Below, one piece after another: positions 19,998 to 30,482 of a DNA stretch of 64,000 nt; the first letter of the stretch is position 1, and each line of letters starts with the position of its first letter. Origin of the DNA: Alphaproteobacteria bacterium (GTDB lineage Bacteria > Pseudomonadota > Alphaproteobacteria > GCA-2731375); NCBI GenBank assembly GCA_965232515.1, contig CBDDPY010000002.1, positions 4,768,001 to 4,832,000 on the forward strand, written 5' to 3'. The notes beneath the pieces were generated by a model, which worked only from the letters and a program-made list of their open reading frames with translations, had not been told where the DNA came from and did not search any database. The position numbers and the translations under genes were made by a program.

Positions 19998-21293
19998 TCA
20001 ACCCTGGTCGTAGTTCGGCGTCGCGTCGTAGGACTCGAGCGAACAGGTATCGTCCGCCGACGCCCGGATCGATTCCGGATCCGACCAGCTCAGGATCTTG
20101 AAATAGTCGCTGTCGTCGCGCGGCTTCTTGTTGCCGGTGGCCAGATAGATCGTCTGCTGCACGTGATGCGAGTTCGGATCGATGACGGCGTCATGGTGCT
20201 GCATCCGGTCGGCCGCCGCCATCGTCCGGCCCTCCAGCGCCTTGATGATCTTGATGTTGTCGGTTCCGCCGACTTCTTCGATCACGCGCAGCAGTTCGCG
20301 CACGGCGACGTAGCCGTTGTAGGTCACGTTGCCGGGTACGTTGATCCGGGTCTCGGGATAGGCGGCCTGATAGCGCTTGACGAAATCGCCGACGCCCGGC
20401 AGGTGCAGATAGTGGTACCAGGTCGTGCCGAACACGCCGAACGCGGCGTCCGCGCCCAGGCCGTAAACGTCCGGCCAGTCCTGCTGGTTGTTGATCCAGG
20501 CCGGCTTCTGATCCAGGTTCATGTCGCTCACCTGCTGACGCATGACCTTGAAGTCGTCGCCGCCGACCGCTGCCGCGACCACGTCGGGCTTGGCCTGCTG
20601 GATCTTCAACAGCACGCTCGACCAGTCGCGCGTGCCAACCGGGATCGCCACCTCGTCGATGACCTCGGCGCCATAGCCCGCCGCCACCTTCTTGGTCGCG
20701 GCGTTGGTGTTCTGGCCCCAGACATAGTCGTTGTACATCAGGAACCATTTGTCGCCGAAGGCGTTGATGGCGTTGCGGGCCGCGGCGCGCGAAAAGTTCT
20801 CGCCGTTGCCGTCCCAGACGAACTTCACCCGATGGCAGTTCTTGCCCGATTCCGTGGGCGAGCTGGAATTGGTGTTGAAGTAAATGCAGCCGTACTTCTG
20901 CGCCACCTGGCTGATCGCGTTCGCCGTGCCGGATTGGATGGCGCCGACCAGGAAGTGCACGTTCTCGCGGCTGATCAGCCGCTCGGCGACGCGGGTGCCG
21001 GTCTGCGGGTTGGTCTCGGTGTCCATCCACAGATATTCGACCTTACGCCCCAGCACGCCGCCGGCTGCGTTCGCTTCCTCGATCGCCATGATCGTGCCGC
21101 GCTTTTCGGCCTGGCCGGAGTTGGCGAACTGGCCGCTGGCGTCATGCGTCAGACCGATTCGGATCGGCTTGTCCGACTTCGCCGCATAGACGCGGGTATG
21201 CTTCCACGGCCCGAACAGCGTCGCACCCCCGGCCGTGCCCGACAACAACGCCGTCGCCAGAAAGCCGCGACGGGACATTCCCTTCTTCGACAT
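19998..21293 (-). CDS. HAAT ABC transporter substrate-binding protein with Tat signal
   Basis: SRRGFL twin-arginine motif and type I periplasmic binding fold (NAAGGVLGRKVE, DYVWGQ). Confidence 0.92.
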   Translation of the reverse strand: MSKKGMSRRGFLATALLSGTAGGATLFGPWKHTRVYAAKSDKPIRIGLTHDASGQFANSGQAEKRGTIMAIEEANAAGGVLGRKVEYLWMDTETNPQTGTRVAERLISRENVHFLVGAIQSGTANAISQVAQKYGCIYFNTNSSSPTESGKNCHRVKFVWDGNGENFSRAAARNAINAFGDKWFLMYNDYVWGQNTNAATKKVAAGYGAEVIDEVAIPVGTRDWSSVLLKIQQAKPDVVAAAVGGDDFKVMRQQVSDMNLDQKPAWINNQQDWPDVYGLGADAAFGVFGTTWYHYLHLPGVGDFVKRYQAAYPETRINVPGNVTYNGYVAVRELLRVIEEVGGTDNIKIIKALEGRTMAAADRMQHHDAVIDPNSHHVQQTIYLATGNKKPRDDSDYFKILSWSDPESIRASADDTCSLESYDATPNYDQG

Positions 21294-21361
21294 CGATTCC
21301 TCCCCTGATGATGTTTCCGGCGCCTGCATGTGCGCCGTTGTTCTTTGCGATCTGAGAGAAT

Positions 21362-21448
21362 GAATTTTCTATCTCACAAATTTGAACGAATTTTCTGTTT
21401 TTATGTCAAGGCCGAAAATTCTATTTTATGTGTGGAAATAGAAATTTC
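21362..21448. promoter_or_regulatory. putative operator array in the divergent ABC/RpiR promoter
   Basis: GAAWWTTCTRT-like 11-mers at 21362, 21388 and 21414 (26-bp period), plus an inverted copy at 21438-21448. Confidence 0.55.
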
Positions 21449-21517
21449 GTTCAAACCGGCTTGCCCGGTGGCAGGTGCGCCGCTATACGGCCTAGGGGTC
21501 CGACAACGGAGAAGTAC

Positions 21518-22399
21518 ATGGCAGCAGACGGTCCGGCGCCGGCGTCCTTCGACAGCCTCCGTCACGAATTGCAGGCGCGCTACGACGATCTCAGCCCGCA
21601 TCTTCAGCGGCTGGCCCGGCACGCGCTGGAGGATCCGAATGCCTTCGCGCTCGAGACCGTGGTGGTGCTGGCCGAACGCGCGGTGGTCCAGCCTTCGACG
21701 CTGATCCGCTTCGCCAAGGAGTTCGGCTATTCCGGCTTCTCCGACATGCAGAAGGTATTCAAGCTGCGGCTGATCGAGGGCGCGCCGGTCTACCGCGAGC
21801 AGATCTATCGGGCCCGCACCAACCTCGAAAACGCCGCCCGCGATAACCCGGTCGATATCCTGACCGAGTTCGCCGACGCCTCGATCCTCTGCCTCGAGCG
21901 CCTGAAGGAGACCGTGTCGCCGGACTCGCTCGCCGCCGCCATCGGGATGATGGCATCCGCCCGGCAGATCTTCGTCATCGGCGTGCGGCGGGCGTTCCCC
22001 GTTGCCTCCTACATTGCCTACGGCCTGACCCGCCTCGAATATCGCTGCCAGTTCCTGGATTTCGTCGGCGGCATGGTGCCGCAGCAGGCCGCGACCATGA
22101 CGCCGGACGATCTGTTGATCGCCGTGTCGTTCACAGAATATGCGCTGCCGGTGGTCGAGGTCGTGCGCGACGCCGACATTCGCGGCGTGCCGACGCTCAC
22201 CATCACCGACGTGCCCTCCAGCCCGCTCGCCAAGCACGGCCGCGTGTTCTTCTGCGTCGACGACGCCGACATCCACCGCTTCCGGCCGGTCGCCGGCTCC
22301 ATCGGTCTCGCCCAGTCGCTGATCATCGGTCTCAGCTATTACAACGACGCCGGCGCGGTCAAACCGGCATCCGGCAAACGCCGGCGCAAGACCAGGTGA
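21518..22399 (+). CDS. MurR/RpiR family transcriptional regulator
   Basis: HTH VQPSTLIRFAKEFGYSGFSDMQ plus SIS domain (GVRRAFPVA, TDVPSSPL). Confidence 0.93.
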   Translation: MAADGPAPASFDSLRHELQARYDDLSPHLQRLARHALEDPNAFALETVVVLAERAVVQPSTLIRFAKEFGYSGFSDMQKVFKLRLIEGAPVYREQIYRARTNLENAARDNPVDILTEFADASILCLERLKETVSPDSLAAAIGMMASARQIFVIGVRRAFPVASYIAYGLTRLEYRCQFLDFVGGMVPQQAATMTPDDLLIAVSFTEYALPVVEVVRDADIRGVPTLTITDVPSSPLAKHGRVFFCVDDADIHRFRPVAGSIGLAQSLIIGLSYYNDAGAVKPASGKRRRKTR

Positions 22400-22408
22400 C
22401 CGCCGCTG

Positions 22409-22522
22409 TCAGATCAGCAACGCAACGATCAACCAGATATAGAGCGGCGCCGGCACGGCGACCCAGATCAGGAAGATCGGCAGCCAGCGCGACGGCCGCA
22501 GGTGTGTGCGGAAAACGGTCAT
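22409..22522 (-). CDS. putative 37-aa membrane peptide (absent from the ORF track)
   Basis: MTVFRTHLRPSRWLPIFLIWVAVPAPLYIWLIVALLI*. The ATG lies 2 nt after the upstream stop, with GGAG before it. Confidence 0.45.
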   Translation of the reverse strand: MTVFRTHLRPSRWLPIFLIWVAVPAPLYIWLIVALLI

Positions 22523-22524
22523 CG

Positions 22525-22743
22525 TCAAGCTCCGAACCATTGATAGAGGGTGAGCAACGCCAGGATGCTCAATCCGACCGCGAAGGCGAGGCGCGCCGAC
22601 CCGGTCAGCCGCCGCGCCGCGGTGTCGGTCCGCGACGCCGGCAGGTGCCGGCTGTCGACGATCAGCCCATGCGCCAGCAGCCCGAACGCGACGAACCAGA
22701 CCAGGGTCAGAAACTCGGCGGCAAGCACGGCATAAACGGCCAT
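22525..22743 (-). CDS. small two-TM hypothetical membrane protein
   Basis: 72 aa with two hydrophobic stretches and a GAGGGAAGGA RBS-like sequence upstream. Confidence 0.5.
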   Translation of the reverse strand: MAVYAVLAAEFLTLVWFVAFGLLAHGLIVDSRHLPASRTDTAARRLTGSARLAFAVGLSILALLTLYQWFGA

Positions 22744-22853
22744 CGCTGATATCCTTCCCTCGGCTAAAATATGTATCTCATCTACATCTTTATATGGCAC
22801 TCCCGTCGCAGAAAGCAATATCCAATATGCATATTTAAAACGTGACCGTGCGG

Positions 22854-23768
22854 CTACCGGTAGGCGGGCGCCCGCGCGCCGGTCTGCTCGAACACCGCCT
22901 TCGCCGCCACCAGGCCGTTGTAGGCGGCGGGCATGCCGGCATGGAGTTGCAGCAGCATCATGATCTCGACGATCTCGTTACGGCTGACGCCGACATTCAT
23001 CGCCGCGGCGATGTGGAACCGCAGCTGCGGATCGGCGCCGCCCATTGCTGCCAACGCGGCGACGGTCGCAATCTGGCGCCTGCGCAGATCCAGGCCGGGC
23101 GGCCCGAACACGTCGCCGAAGATCCGAAACGTGGTGTCGGCAAGATCCGGGGCCATGTCGCCGAAGGCGCGGCGGATGTTCGCCAGCGCTTCGGCGTCTA
23201 GCGCCCCGTAAGCCTCGGCGCCGACGGCGTATCGCGACTCATCAGTCTCGGCCACGCTCGACCGGGCGTCGTCGGGCAGAAGGCCGCGCGCCGCCGCCAC
23301 CCGTTGCAGCACCGCCATGGCGTCGACGGACCGGTGGAAACCGCGATAGGCCACCAGCTGTGTGATAATCAGCTCCAGCTCCGCGACCGTAACGCCGGCA
23401 TTGATTGCCGCGTTGATCTGCACCTCCAACGCCTGTTCCGCGCCGCCCATGGCCGTCAGCGCGGCGACGCCGACCAGCGGCTCGTCCGTCGCGGCCAGAA
23501 CCCCCCGTCCGCGAAGGTCGCCATAGCCGCCGCGCACATAGGCCGTCGCCAGCGTCGGCGATACTGTGGCCACGAGATCAAGCAGCGCTTGCCCCTCGGC
23601 GCCCTCGATGGTCAAAAATCGCGCCGCCGCGTCGTCAGATGTATTGGCCGTCGCCATCCGTGCGTCCATCATGTTTGCTCCCGCAAGAACCGCGGCAACG
23701 ATGGCCGCCCGACTGGCCCGGGCAACGAGCTGACGCATCGCGTTCGGCTGGATAGCCGTCATGCACAT
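22854..23768 (-). CDS. carboxymuconolactone decarboxylase (AhpD-like) family protein with tandem domains
   Basis: Two repeats: GDxxG..L...VAALxAMGG..QL..HI.AA.N.GV...E. AGGAG RBS. Confidence 0.85.
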   Translation of the reverse strand: MCMTAIQPNAMRQLVARASRAAIVAAVLAGANMMDARMATANTSDDAAARFLTIEGAEGQALLDLVATVSPTLATAYVRGGYGDLRGRGVLAATDEPLVGVAALTAMGGAEQALEVQINAAINAGVTVAELELIITQLVAYRGFHRSVDAMAVLQRVAAARGLLPDDARSSVAETDESRYAVGAEAYGALDAEALANIRRAFGDMAPDLADTTFRIFGDVFGPPGLDLRRRQIATVAALAAMGGADPQLRFHIAAAMNVGVSRNEIVEIMMLLQLHAGMPAAYNGLVAAKAVFEQTGARAPAYR

Positions 23769-23884
23769 GCCAATCTCCTATTGCACGGACTGAACTATTC
23801 ATTCGTTACATGCAATGATGTATATCCGATTGTTGCAGATGATAATGGCCGCAGACGCAACGCAATCGTTCGCGGAGCGAAAGA

Positions 23885-24799
23885 ATGACGGACCTGAGCC
23901 AGCCCGGCCTGGACCTGATCCAGGCCTTCGTCGCGGTCGCCGACCGGCTGAACTTCGCTGCCGCGGCAAAGTCGCTGAACGTCACGCCTTCGACGCTCAG
24001 TCGGCGCATCGGCGCGCTGGAAGGCCGTCTGGGCACCCGCCTCTTCAACCGCACGACGCGGCGGGTGGCGTTGACGGAGGCCGGGGCGCGGTTCCACCGG
24101 CGCTGTCAGCGGGCGCTCGACGAGCTGCAATTGGCCGAGGCCGAGCTCGCCTCGATGGCCGCCGCGCCGCAAGGCCTGCTGCGCGTGCATGCGCCAATGA
24201 GCTTCGGCCTGATGCGGGTGTCACCGGCCCTGCCGGCCTTCTTCGACCGCTATCCCGGCGTCGACATCGATTTGGTGCTGAGCGACGCCTTCGTCGATCT
24301 GGTGCAGGAACATGTGGACGTCGCGATCCGCATCGGCAATCTGCCGGATTCATCGCTCATTGCCCGCAAGCTGGCGCCCAACCGCCGCTTTCTCTGCGCC
24401 AGCCCGGATTACCTCGAGCGGCATGGCCGGCCGCGCCGGCCCGAGGATCTGGCCGCGCATAGCTGTCTCAACTTCACCTTCCTTCAGTCGGGCGACGTCT
24501 GGCGGCTGGTCGGCCGCGACCGGACGGCATCCGTGCGGGTCTCCGGCCGGCTGCGCGCCAACAACGCGCTCGCCGTGCGCGACGCGGCGCGGGGCGGACA
24601 CGGCATCGTGCTGCTGTCGGATTTCATTGCCGGCGATGACGTCGCCGCCGGCCGTCTGACGCCGGTTCTCAAGGCCTGGGCGCCGGAACCGAGCGATATC
24701 TATGCGATCTATCCCAGCACGGGCTTCATGCCGCCCAAGGCGCGCGTGTTCGTCGACTTCCTCGTTGCGCGTTTTGCCGACGGCGGCAAGGCGGGCTAA
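23885..24799 (+). CDS. LysR family regulator (CrgA-like)
   Basis: LFNRTTRRVALTEAG, DVAIRIG, CASPDYL. Divergent from the CMD gene. Confidence 0.95.
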   Translation: MTDLSQPGLDLIQAFVAVADRLNFAAAAKSLNVTPSTLSRRIGALEGRLGTRLFNRTTRRVALTEAGARFHRRCQRALDELQLAEAELASMAAAPQGLLRVHAPMSFGLMRVSPALPAFFDRYPGVDIDLVLSDAFVDLVQEHVDVAIRIGNLPDSSLIARKLAPNRRFLCASPDYLERHGRPRRPEDLAAHSCLNFTFLQSGDVWRLVGRDRTASVRVSGRLRANNALAVRDAARGGHGIVLLSDFIAGDDVAAGRLTPVLKAWAPEPSDIYAIYPSTGFMPPKARVFVDFLVARFADGGKAG

Positions 24800-26163
24800 A
24801 TGCCGGACATGGGCTGCGGGCGCGAGCCGTCGGTGAAACGGCCGTAGCGGAAGGGCGTTGGATCGACGATCGGCGTCCTGCCGGTCACCAGGTCGGCGAG
24901 CAAGCGGCCAGCGCCGGGCCCGATGCCGAAGCCGTGGCCGGAGAAGCCGGTGCCGATGTAGAGGCCCGGCAGCTTGTCGACATCGGAGATCACCGGCACC
25001 GCGTCCGGCGTGGCGTCGATCAGGCCGGCCCAGCGGTTGGCGTAAGCTTTGCCCTGAAACACCGGATACGCCTTCGGCAGGTTCCCGGCTGCCGCATCGA
25101 GAACGCCCGCCACCGGCTCCGGATCGAGCACCCGGATGCGCTCGAACGGCGAGACCCCGTCCAGCGCCCAGCGCTTGCCCAGCCGCGCCTCGGTGAAGAA
25201 CCGCTTGCCGAAGCGCAGCCGCAGGTCCTTCCACTCCATGCGCAGCACGGGCAGGAAGTCCAGCAGGTAGCGGAAGCTGTCCGGGACGATCTCGGCGACG
25301 GTGGTGGTGCCGTTTGCGATCGTGTAGCCGCCGTCCTGCCGCTTGCGGAAAGCGAACCCCGGCCCGATCGCCGCCGGTTCGGGACCGCCGTCGAACGGCT
25401 GCAGCCGCATCACCGAGGACAGCACTTTGAGTTGCGGCAGCCGCAAGCCGAGACTTCGGCAGAACATGCTCGACCAGGCGCCGCCAGCCAACACCACCGA
25501 CGAACAGCCGATGCGGCCCTTCTCGGTCACCACGCCCGAGATCCGGCCGCCCTCGGTCTCGACCCCGCGCACGGCGCATTCCGTCAGTATCGTGGCGCCG
25601 AGCTTGCGGGCGCCGGCGGCGATCGCCGGCGCCGCCAGCTGCGGCTCGGCCCGGCCGTCGCTTTCGGTATAGAGCGCGCCTTCGAACGGCATGGCCGCGC
25701 CCGGCAGCAGCTTGTCGAGCTCCTCGCCGCGGATAATGCGGCTGTCGAGCTGGAACGCGCGGACATGTTCCAGCCAGGCCTCGCGCCGGGCCATGTCGGC
25801 CTCGGTCTTGCAGAGATAGACGATGCCCGACGGCCGGAAGCCGGTCTCGCCGTCCACGATCTGGTCCATCTGCCGCCACAGGCCCATGCTTTCGATCATC
25901 AGCGGCACTTCGCGCGGGTCGCGGCCCATCTTGCGCACCCAGCCCCAGTTGCGGCTGGACTGCTCGGCGGCGATCCGGCCCTTCTCGCACAGCGCCACCG
26001 AGACGCCGTCCTGGGCCAGGAACAGCGCCGTGCTGACGCCGGCGATGCCGCCGCCGATCACCACCACGTCCACGCGTTCGGGCAGCGTCTCGTCGGCCTG
26101 AAACGGCGCCAGCGGCGGCGCCTGCCACGGCGCGCCGATACCGTTGGTGCGTTGTTCGTTCAT
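24796..26163 (-). CDS. FAD-dependent oxidoreductase, D-amino acid oxidase/DadA family
   Basis: GGGIAG, EQSSRNWGW, WAGLIDATPD, GFSGHGFGIGP. Confidence 0.92.
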   Translation of the reverse strand: MNEQRTNGIGAPWQAPPLAPFQADETLPERVDVVVIGGGIAGVSTALFLAQDGVSVALCEKGRIAAEQSSRNWGWVRKMGRDPREVPLMIESMGLWRQMDQIVDGETGFRPSGIVYLCKTEADMARREAWLEHVRAFQLDSRIIRGEELDKLLPGAAMPFEGALYTESDGRAEPQLAAPAIAAGARKLGATILTECAVRGVETEGGRISGVVTEKGRIGCSSVVLAGGAWSSMFCRSLGLRLPQLKVLSSVMRLQPFDGGPEPAAIGPGFAFRKRQDGGYTIANGTTTVAEIVPDSFRYLLDFLPVLRMEWKDLRLRFGKRFFTEARLGKRWALDGVSPFERIRVLDPEPVAGVLDAAAGNLPKAYPVFQGKAYANRWAGLIDATPDAVPVISDVDKLPGLYIGTGFSGHGFGIGPGAGRLLADLVTGRTPIVDPTPFRYGRFTDGSRPQPMSGI

Positions 26164-26230
26164 GCCGCCATCGTTCCCGAAACGGCGGGCCGGCGCAACC
26201 GAAGCGATTGCTGACGCGTCGGCGTTGGCG

Positions 26231-26833
26231 CTATTTGACCTCGATATAGAACGTCGCCCAGGGCCAGCGCTGTTCGTCCTCGTCGGTCACGGGCTTGCCG
26301 TCGCGCCGCTGGTAGACGATCCAGAGCGGTCCGCGCTGGCCGATGTCGAGATAGCGGCCGTCGCGCTTGACGCCGACGATCCAGTCGAAGGCCGCGACGT
26401 CGGCGGCGGACAGCTCGGACCCGAAGCCGTCGAGCGCGAACAGGGTCACGTCCTTGCCCGTCGCGCCGGCGGCCGCCAGTACGTCCTTCAGCCACGGCCC
26501 CTCGAACCGGGCCGGTTTCGGCCAGGCGTCGATGTCGATCTCTGTCGTCTGCATGCCCAGCGCTTCCAGCATGGCCAAATCGAAGGCCACGGCCCGCGCG
26601 AAGCTCTTGTCGTGATACTTCAGAAAGCCGTCCTCGAAGTCGTCGAAGGCCGGCCGGTTGGACGCGGAGATATTACCGGCGATGGTCAGCACGACTTGGC
26701 CGGTCGGCGTCGCCGGCTCGGCCGCCCGCGACGGCCCGCTTGCGATCGATACGGCGAGCGCAACGACCGCCGCGCAGGCGAGGGCGCCGAGCCCCCGTCG
26801 GGTGTGTCGGGCCGTTGATGTGGCAATGGTCAT
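26231..26833 (-). CDS. exported molybdopterin-oxidoreductase-like protein (COG3915-type)
   Basis: Signal peptide (TRRGLGAL...SRA), VVLTIAGNI, FEGPWLKDVL, ALDGF, RGPLWIVY. Confidence 0.7.
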   Translation of the reverse strand: MTIATSTARHTRRGLGALACAAVVALAVSIASGPSRAAEPATPTGQVVLTIAGNISASNRPAFDDFEDGFLKYHDKSFARAVAFDLAMLEALGMQTTEIDIDAWPKPARFEGPWLKDVLAAAGATGKDVTLFALDGFGSELSAADVAAFDWIVGVKRDGRYLDIGQRGPLWIVYQRRDGKPVTDEDEQRWPWATFYIEVK

Positions 26834-27185
26834 GGCGATGCCCCCTGGTTGTCAGCGCCCCGATGTTGCCGCAGTTCGCCGCGTCGGTCGACCATGGCCG
26901 TCATTGACCGGTCAGACAATCGATCCAGTTTGGCTCACATGAACGACGACATGGACCGTCCCGAGATCGACCAATGCCCAGACGGCGCGGCGTTCCGGCG
27001 CTTGTCCTCAAGATTGCCTCTCTTTTGCCACAATCAAATGCTACTGCCCGACACTCCCGATTGCCGGAAACAGGCTTACCGACATCTCGAAAATCCGCCG
27101 ACCCGAACCGGGCAGTGATCCGGCATGTGCGCACTCATTCCCGAAACATCCGATCGACGCCGCGCTCGCGCGCGACTGGGCGCGA

Positions 27186-28205
27186 TTGCTTAAGCGGTAT
27201 GCGCGGCCGAGCACGGGGCGCAGTCTGTTCGAGCTGACGGTCACCCTGGTGCCGCTTGTGGCCATCTGGGTGCTGATGGTCTTGAGCCTCGACTATGGCT
27301 ACTGGATCGCGCTCATTCTGTCCCTGCCGGCGGCGGGACTGCTGGTGCGCCTGTTCATGATCCAGCACGACTGCGGCCACTACGCGTTTTTCAAATCGCG
27401 GCGCGCCAATGATCTGCTCGGGTCATTGATCGGTGTGCTCACGCTCACGCCGCATGGCTATTGGCGCGATGCGCATGCGATCCATCACGCAACGTCGGGC
27501 GATCTGGACCGCAGCGACATCGGCGAAGTCATCTTGATGACGGTGCGCGACTACGAGGCGTTGCCGCGTTGGCGCCGGCTGGCCTATCGCCTGTATCGCC
27601 ACCCGCTGGTGTTCTTCGGCCTGGGGCCGGTCTATGTGTTCGTTCTCAAATTTCGACTGCCGCTCGACATGTTGTGCCGCCGCTGGCGCCTGCTGCCCGG
27701 CGTCATGGTCACGAACCTGGCCATCGGCGGTGTCGTCGCCCTGATCGGCTTCGTCGTCGGCTACGCGGAATTCGCGATGGTTCAGGTACCGATCACCATG
27801 ATCGCCGCGTCAATCGGCGTCTGGCTGTTCTTCGTTCAGCATCAGTTCGAAGATACCTATTGGGGCCGGTCGGACGAGTGGGATTTCCATAGCGCCGCCG
27901 TTGCCGGCAGTTCGTACTACGATCTGCCGGGGGTGTTGCGCTGGTTCACCGCCAATATCGGCGTACATCACGTGCATCATCTGTGCAGCCGGATACCCAA
28001 CTATCGTCTGCAGGCTTGCCTGAAGCGAGTCCCGGAACTGCGCCTGATCAATCGTCTGACGCTACGCCAAAGCGTGGCCTGCGTGCCGCTGACCTTATGG
28101 GACGAGCAACGTCAACGGCTGGTGAGCTTTCGCACGTTGGCGCGAAACCGCGCGGCGGCGAAGCGTGCATCCGAAAAAGAAAGCGGCTCACGGACGGATC
28201 CGTAA
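27186..28205 (+). CDS. membrane fatty acid desaturase
   Basis: His boxes QHDCGH, HAIHH and HHVHH. Start uncertain (TTG; the frame stays open upstream). Confidence 0.93.
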   Translation: MLKRYARPSTGRSLFELTVTLVPLVAIWVLMVLSLDYGYWIALILSLPAAGLLVRLFMIQHDCGHYAFFKSRRANDLLGSLIGVLTLTPHGYWRDAHAIHHATSGDLDRSDIGEVILMTVRDYEALPRWRRLAYRLYRHPLVFFGLGPVYVFVLKFRLPLDMLCRRWRLLPGVMVTNLAIGGVVALIGFVVGYAEFAMVQVPITMIAASIGVWLFFVQHQFEDTYWGRSDEWDFHSAAVAGSSYYDLPGVLRWFTANIGVHHVHHLCSRIPNYRLQACLKRVPELRLINRLTLRQSVACVPLTLWDEQRQRLVSFRTLARNRAAAKRASEKESGSRTDP

Positions 28206-28245
28206 GCCGCATTTGTTGCACGAGATTCAATACGTGCGGGCCGGC

Positions 28246-29514
28246 TCAGGCCGCCCGTTTACGCCGCCGCCTTGCGCTGGGCGGCGTATTCGCGTTGGCC
28301 GCGGCCGGGCGCGGCCGGCCGCGTCGGCGGCGCGACTTGCCGTTGGGCTTCTTGCCCTTGGGCGGGCCTTCGGCGCCGTCGGCCGGCGCATCGCCGACCA
28401 CCGTCAGCCGCAGCCGGATCAGTCGCTCGATGTCGCGCAAATAGCCGCGCTCGCTGGCATCGCAGAACGAAAACGCGGCGCCGCCGGCGCCGGCGCGCGC
28501 CGTGCGTCCAATGCGGTGCACGTAGCTTTCGGGCACCTCGGGCAGCTCGTAGTTGATGACATGGCTCACCCCGTCGACGTCGATGCCGCGGGCGGCGATA
28601 TCGGTCGCTACCAGGACCCGCGCCTTGCCGTCGCGGAACCGCTTCAGCGCGCGCTGGCGGGCGCCCTGGCTCTTGTTGCCGTGGATTGCCTCGGCGGCAA
28701 TGCCGGTCTTGCCGAGCTGCTCGGCCACACGGTTGGCGCGGTGCTTGGTGCGGGCGAACACGATCACCCGCGACAGCGCCGGGTCGGCCAGGATCCGGAC
28801 CAGCAGGGCCCGTTTGCCGCCGGCGTCGACATGGTAGACGTGTTGATCGATACGCTCGACCGGGGTCGCCTGTGGCGTCACCTCGACACGTACGGGATCG
28901 GTCAGGATCTCGCTCGACAGCCGGCCGATCTCGCCCGGCATGGTGGCCGAGAACAGCAGCGACTGACGGCTTTGGGGCAGGGCCCGGACGATCTTCCGGA
29001 CGTCGCGGACGAAGCCCATGTCCAGCATCCGGTCGGCCTCGTCGAGCACGAAGAAGTCGACCGCCTCGAGCCCGACCCGGCCCTGGCCCATCAGGTCCAA
29101 CAGGCGGCCGGGCGTGGCGATCAGGATGTCGACGCCGCGGGCCAGCGCGTCGACCTGCGGCTTCTGGCCGACGCCGCCGAAAATCACGGTCTGGCGCAGG
29201 CGCAGGTTCTTGCCGTAGGCGCGGAAGTCGTCGCCGATCTGGATCGCCAGCTCACGGGTCGGCGCCAGGATCAGGGCGCGGGGGCTCCGCGGCACCCGGT
29301 TGCGGCGCGCCGTCAAAAGCTGGTGCAGGATCGGCAGGGCGAAGGCGGCGGTCTTGCCGGTGCCGGTCTGGGCGATGCCCAGCATGTTCCGACCGGCGAG
29401 AAGTTCGGGTATGGCCCGGGCCTGGATCGGCGTCGGGATCACATGATTTCGCGCATTCAACGCACGCAGCAGCGGATCGGCCAGGCCGAGCGCTGAAAAA
29501 CTGATATCGGTCAC
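28246..29514 (-). CDS. rhlE: DEAD-box RNA helicase, RhlE-like
   Basis: Q motif [43 protein letters not shown], basic tail. GTG start. Confidence 0.93.
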   Translation of the reverse strand: MTDISFSALGLADPLLRALNARNHVIPTPIQARAIPELLAGRNMLGIAQTGTGKTAAFALPILHQLLTARRNRVPRSPRALILAPTRELAIQIGDDFRAYGKNLRLRQTVIFGGVGQKPQVDALARGVDILIATPGRLLDLMGQGRVGLEAVDFFVLDEADRMLDMGFVRDVRKIVRALPQSRQSLLFSATMPGEIGRLSSEILTDPVRVEVTPQATPVERIDQHVYHVDAGGKRALLVRILADPALSRVIVFARTKHRANRVAEQLGKTGIAAEAIHGNKSQGARQRALKRFRDGKARVLVATDIAARGIDVDGVSHVINYELPEVPESYVHRIGRTARAGAGGAAFSFCDASERGYLRDIERLIRLRLTVVGDAPADGAEGPPKGKKPNGKSRRRRGRPRPAAANANTPPSARRRRKRAA

Positions 29515-29792
29515 GCAAAGGTCCTTATGCGCCGGCGGGCGGCGTCGTTGACGCGGCCGGCTTCCGGCGTTTTGCCCGGCTCCGGGCGCGGCCGGAGGGG
29601 CTTGATGATGATCGATTGTTCCCGGGAAATGGCGCCGCATCGTGGCGGCGCTTCGCGCTATCGCGAGACAATGTACGCCGCAGACATGGCGCGGCCGGCT
29701 GAAAAAGTCAAGTAAATCAGGTTTTTATGTCTGATTGCGCGGATCGGCCGCGTGCCTTGATCCGAGGTTTCGGCCCCGGACCGGACTTCAGG

Positions 29793-29999
29793 CTACAGCA
29801 GGCCTTCACGCTGCGCGCGCTTGCGCTGCAGCTTGCGCTGCCTGCGGGCGGCCTCGGCCGCTTCGCGGGCGCGGCGCTCCGACGGCTTTTCGTAATGCCG
29901 GCGACGCTTCATCTCGCGGAACGTGCCCTCCCGCTGCATCTTCTTTTTCAGGACGCGCAGCGCCTGGTCAACGTTGTTGTCGCGCACGTAAACGATCAC
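29793..29999 (-). CDS. rpsU: 30S ribosomal protein S21
   Basis: [21 protein letters not shown]...YEKPSE. Confidence 0.97.
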   Translation of the reverse strand: MIVYVRDNNVDQALRVLKKKMQREGTFREMKRRRHYEKPSERRAREAAEAARRQRKLQRKRAQREGLL

Positions 30000-30130
30000 G
30001 GTTGCGGTCTCCTTTCGCGGTGCAACTTCGGCCGCCGGATTGGATCGAGCCCGCGCTGGGCGGGCCCGTTCCGGCGAAATCCGTTCGGCTTGGACCAGTG
30101 GTCCAGCCCCGGCCGCGGTGGCCGGTGGGT

Positions 30131-30340
30131 TCAGTCTTCCAGCTTCAGGTTTTCCGCCGAAGACTTCCCGTCACGGCCCGGCTGCAGCTCGTAGGACACG
30201 CGCTGACCCTCATCCAAACCGGCGATGCCGGCCCGCTCGAGCGCCGAAATATGCACAAATGCATCCTTGCCGCCCTCGTCAGGGGTGATGAAGCCGAAGC
30301 CCTTTACGGCGTTGAACCATTTCACGGTTCCTGTCGTCAT
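30131..30340 (-). CDS. cspA: cold-shock protein
   Basis: GTVKWFN, KGFGFI (RNP1), AFVHIS (RNP2). Confidence 0.95.
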   Translation of the reverse strand: MTTGTVKWFNAVKGFGFITPDEGGKDAFVHISALERAGIAGLDEGQRVSYELQPGRDGKSSAENLKLED

Positions 30341-30482
30341 TCGTCTTAGTCCTTCAAAAATTCGTGGACCGTCGGTGCCGCGTGCGCCGACGGGTCTCAG
30401 CCGATTAAGTTGCGAGGAGTAAGACGTCTAGGTCGGCGTGACGAAGCGAAATACGCCGCGTATCTCAAAGCGCTGATCCGCT

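Noticed and set aside
26849-27185. Short ORFs or ncRNA in the gap before the desaturase
   Set aside because: No coding signal or recognisable RNA structure. It is probably a divergent promoter region.
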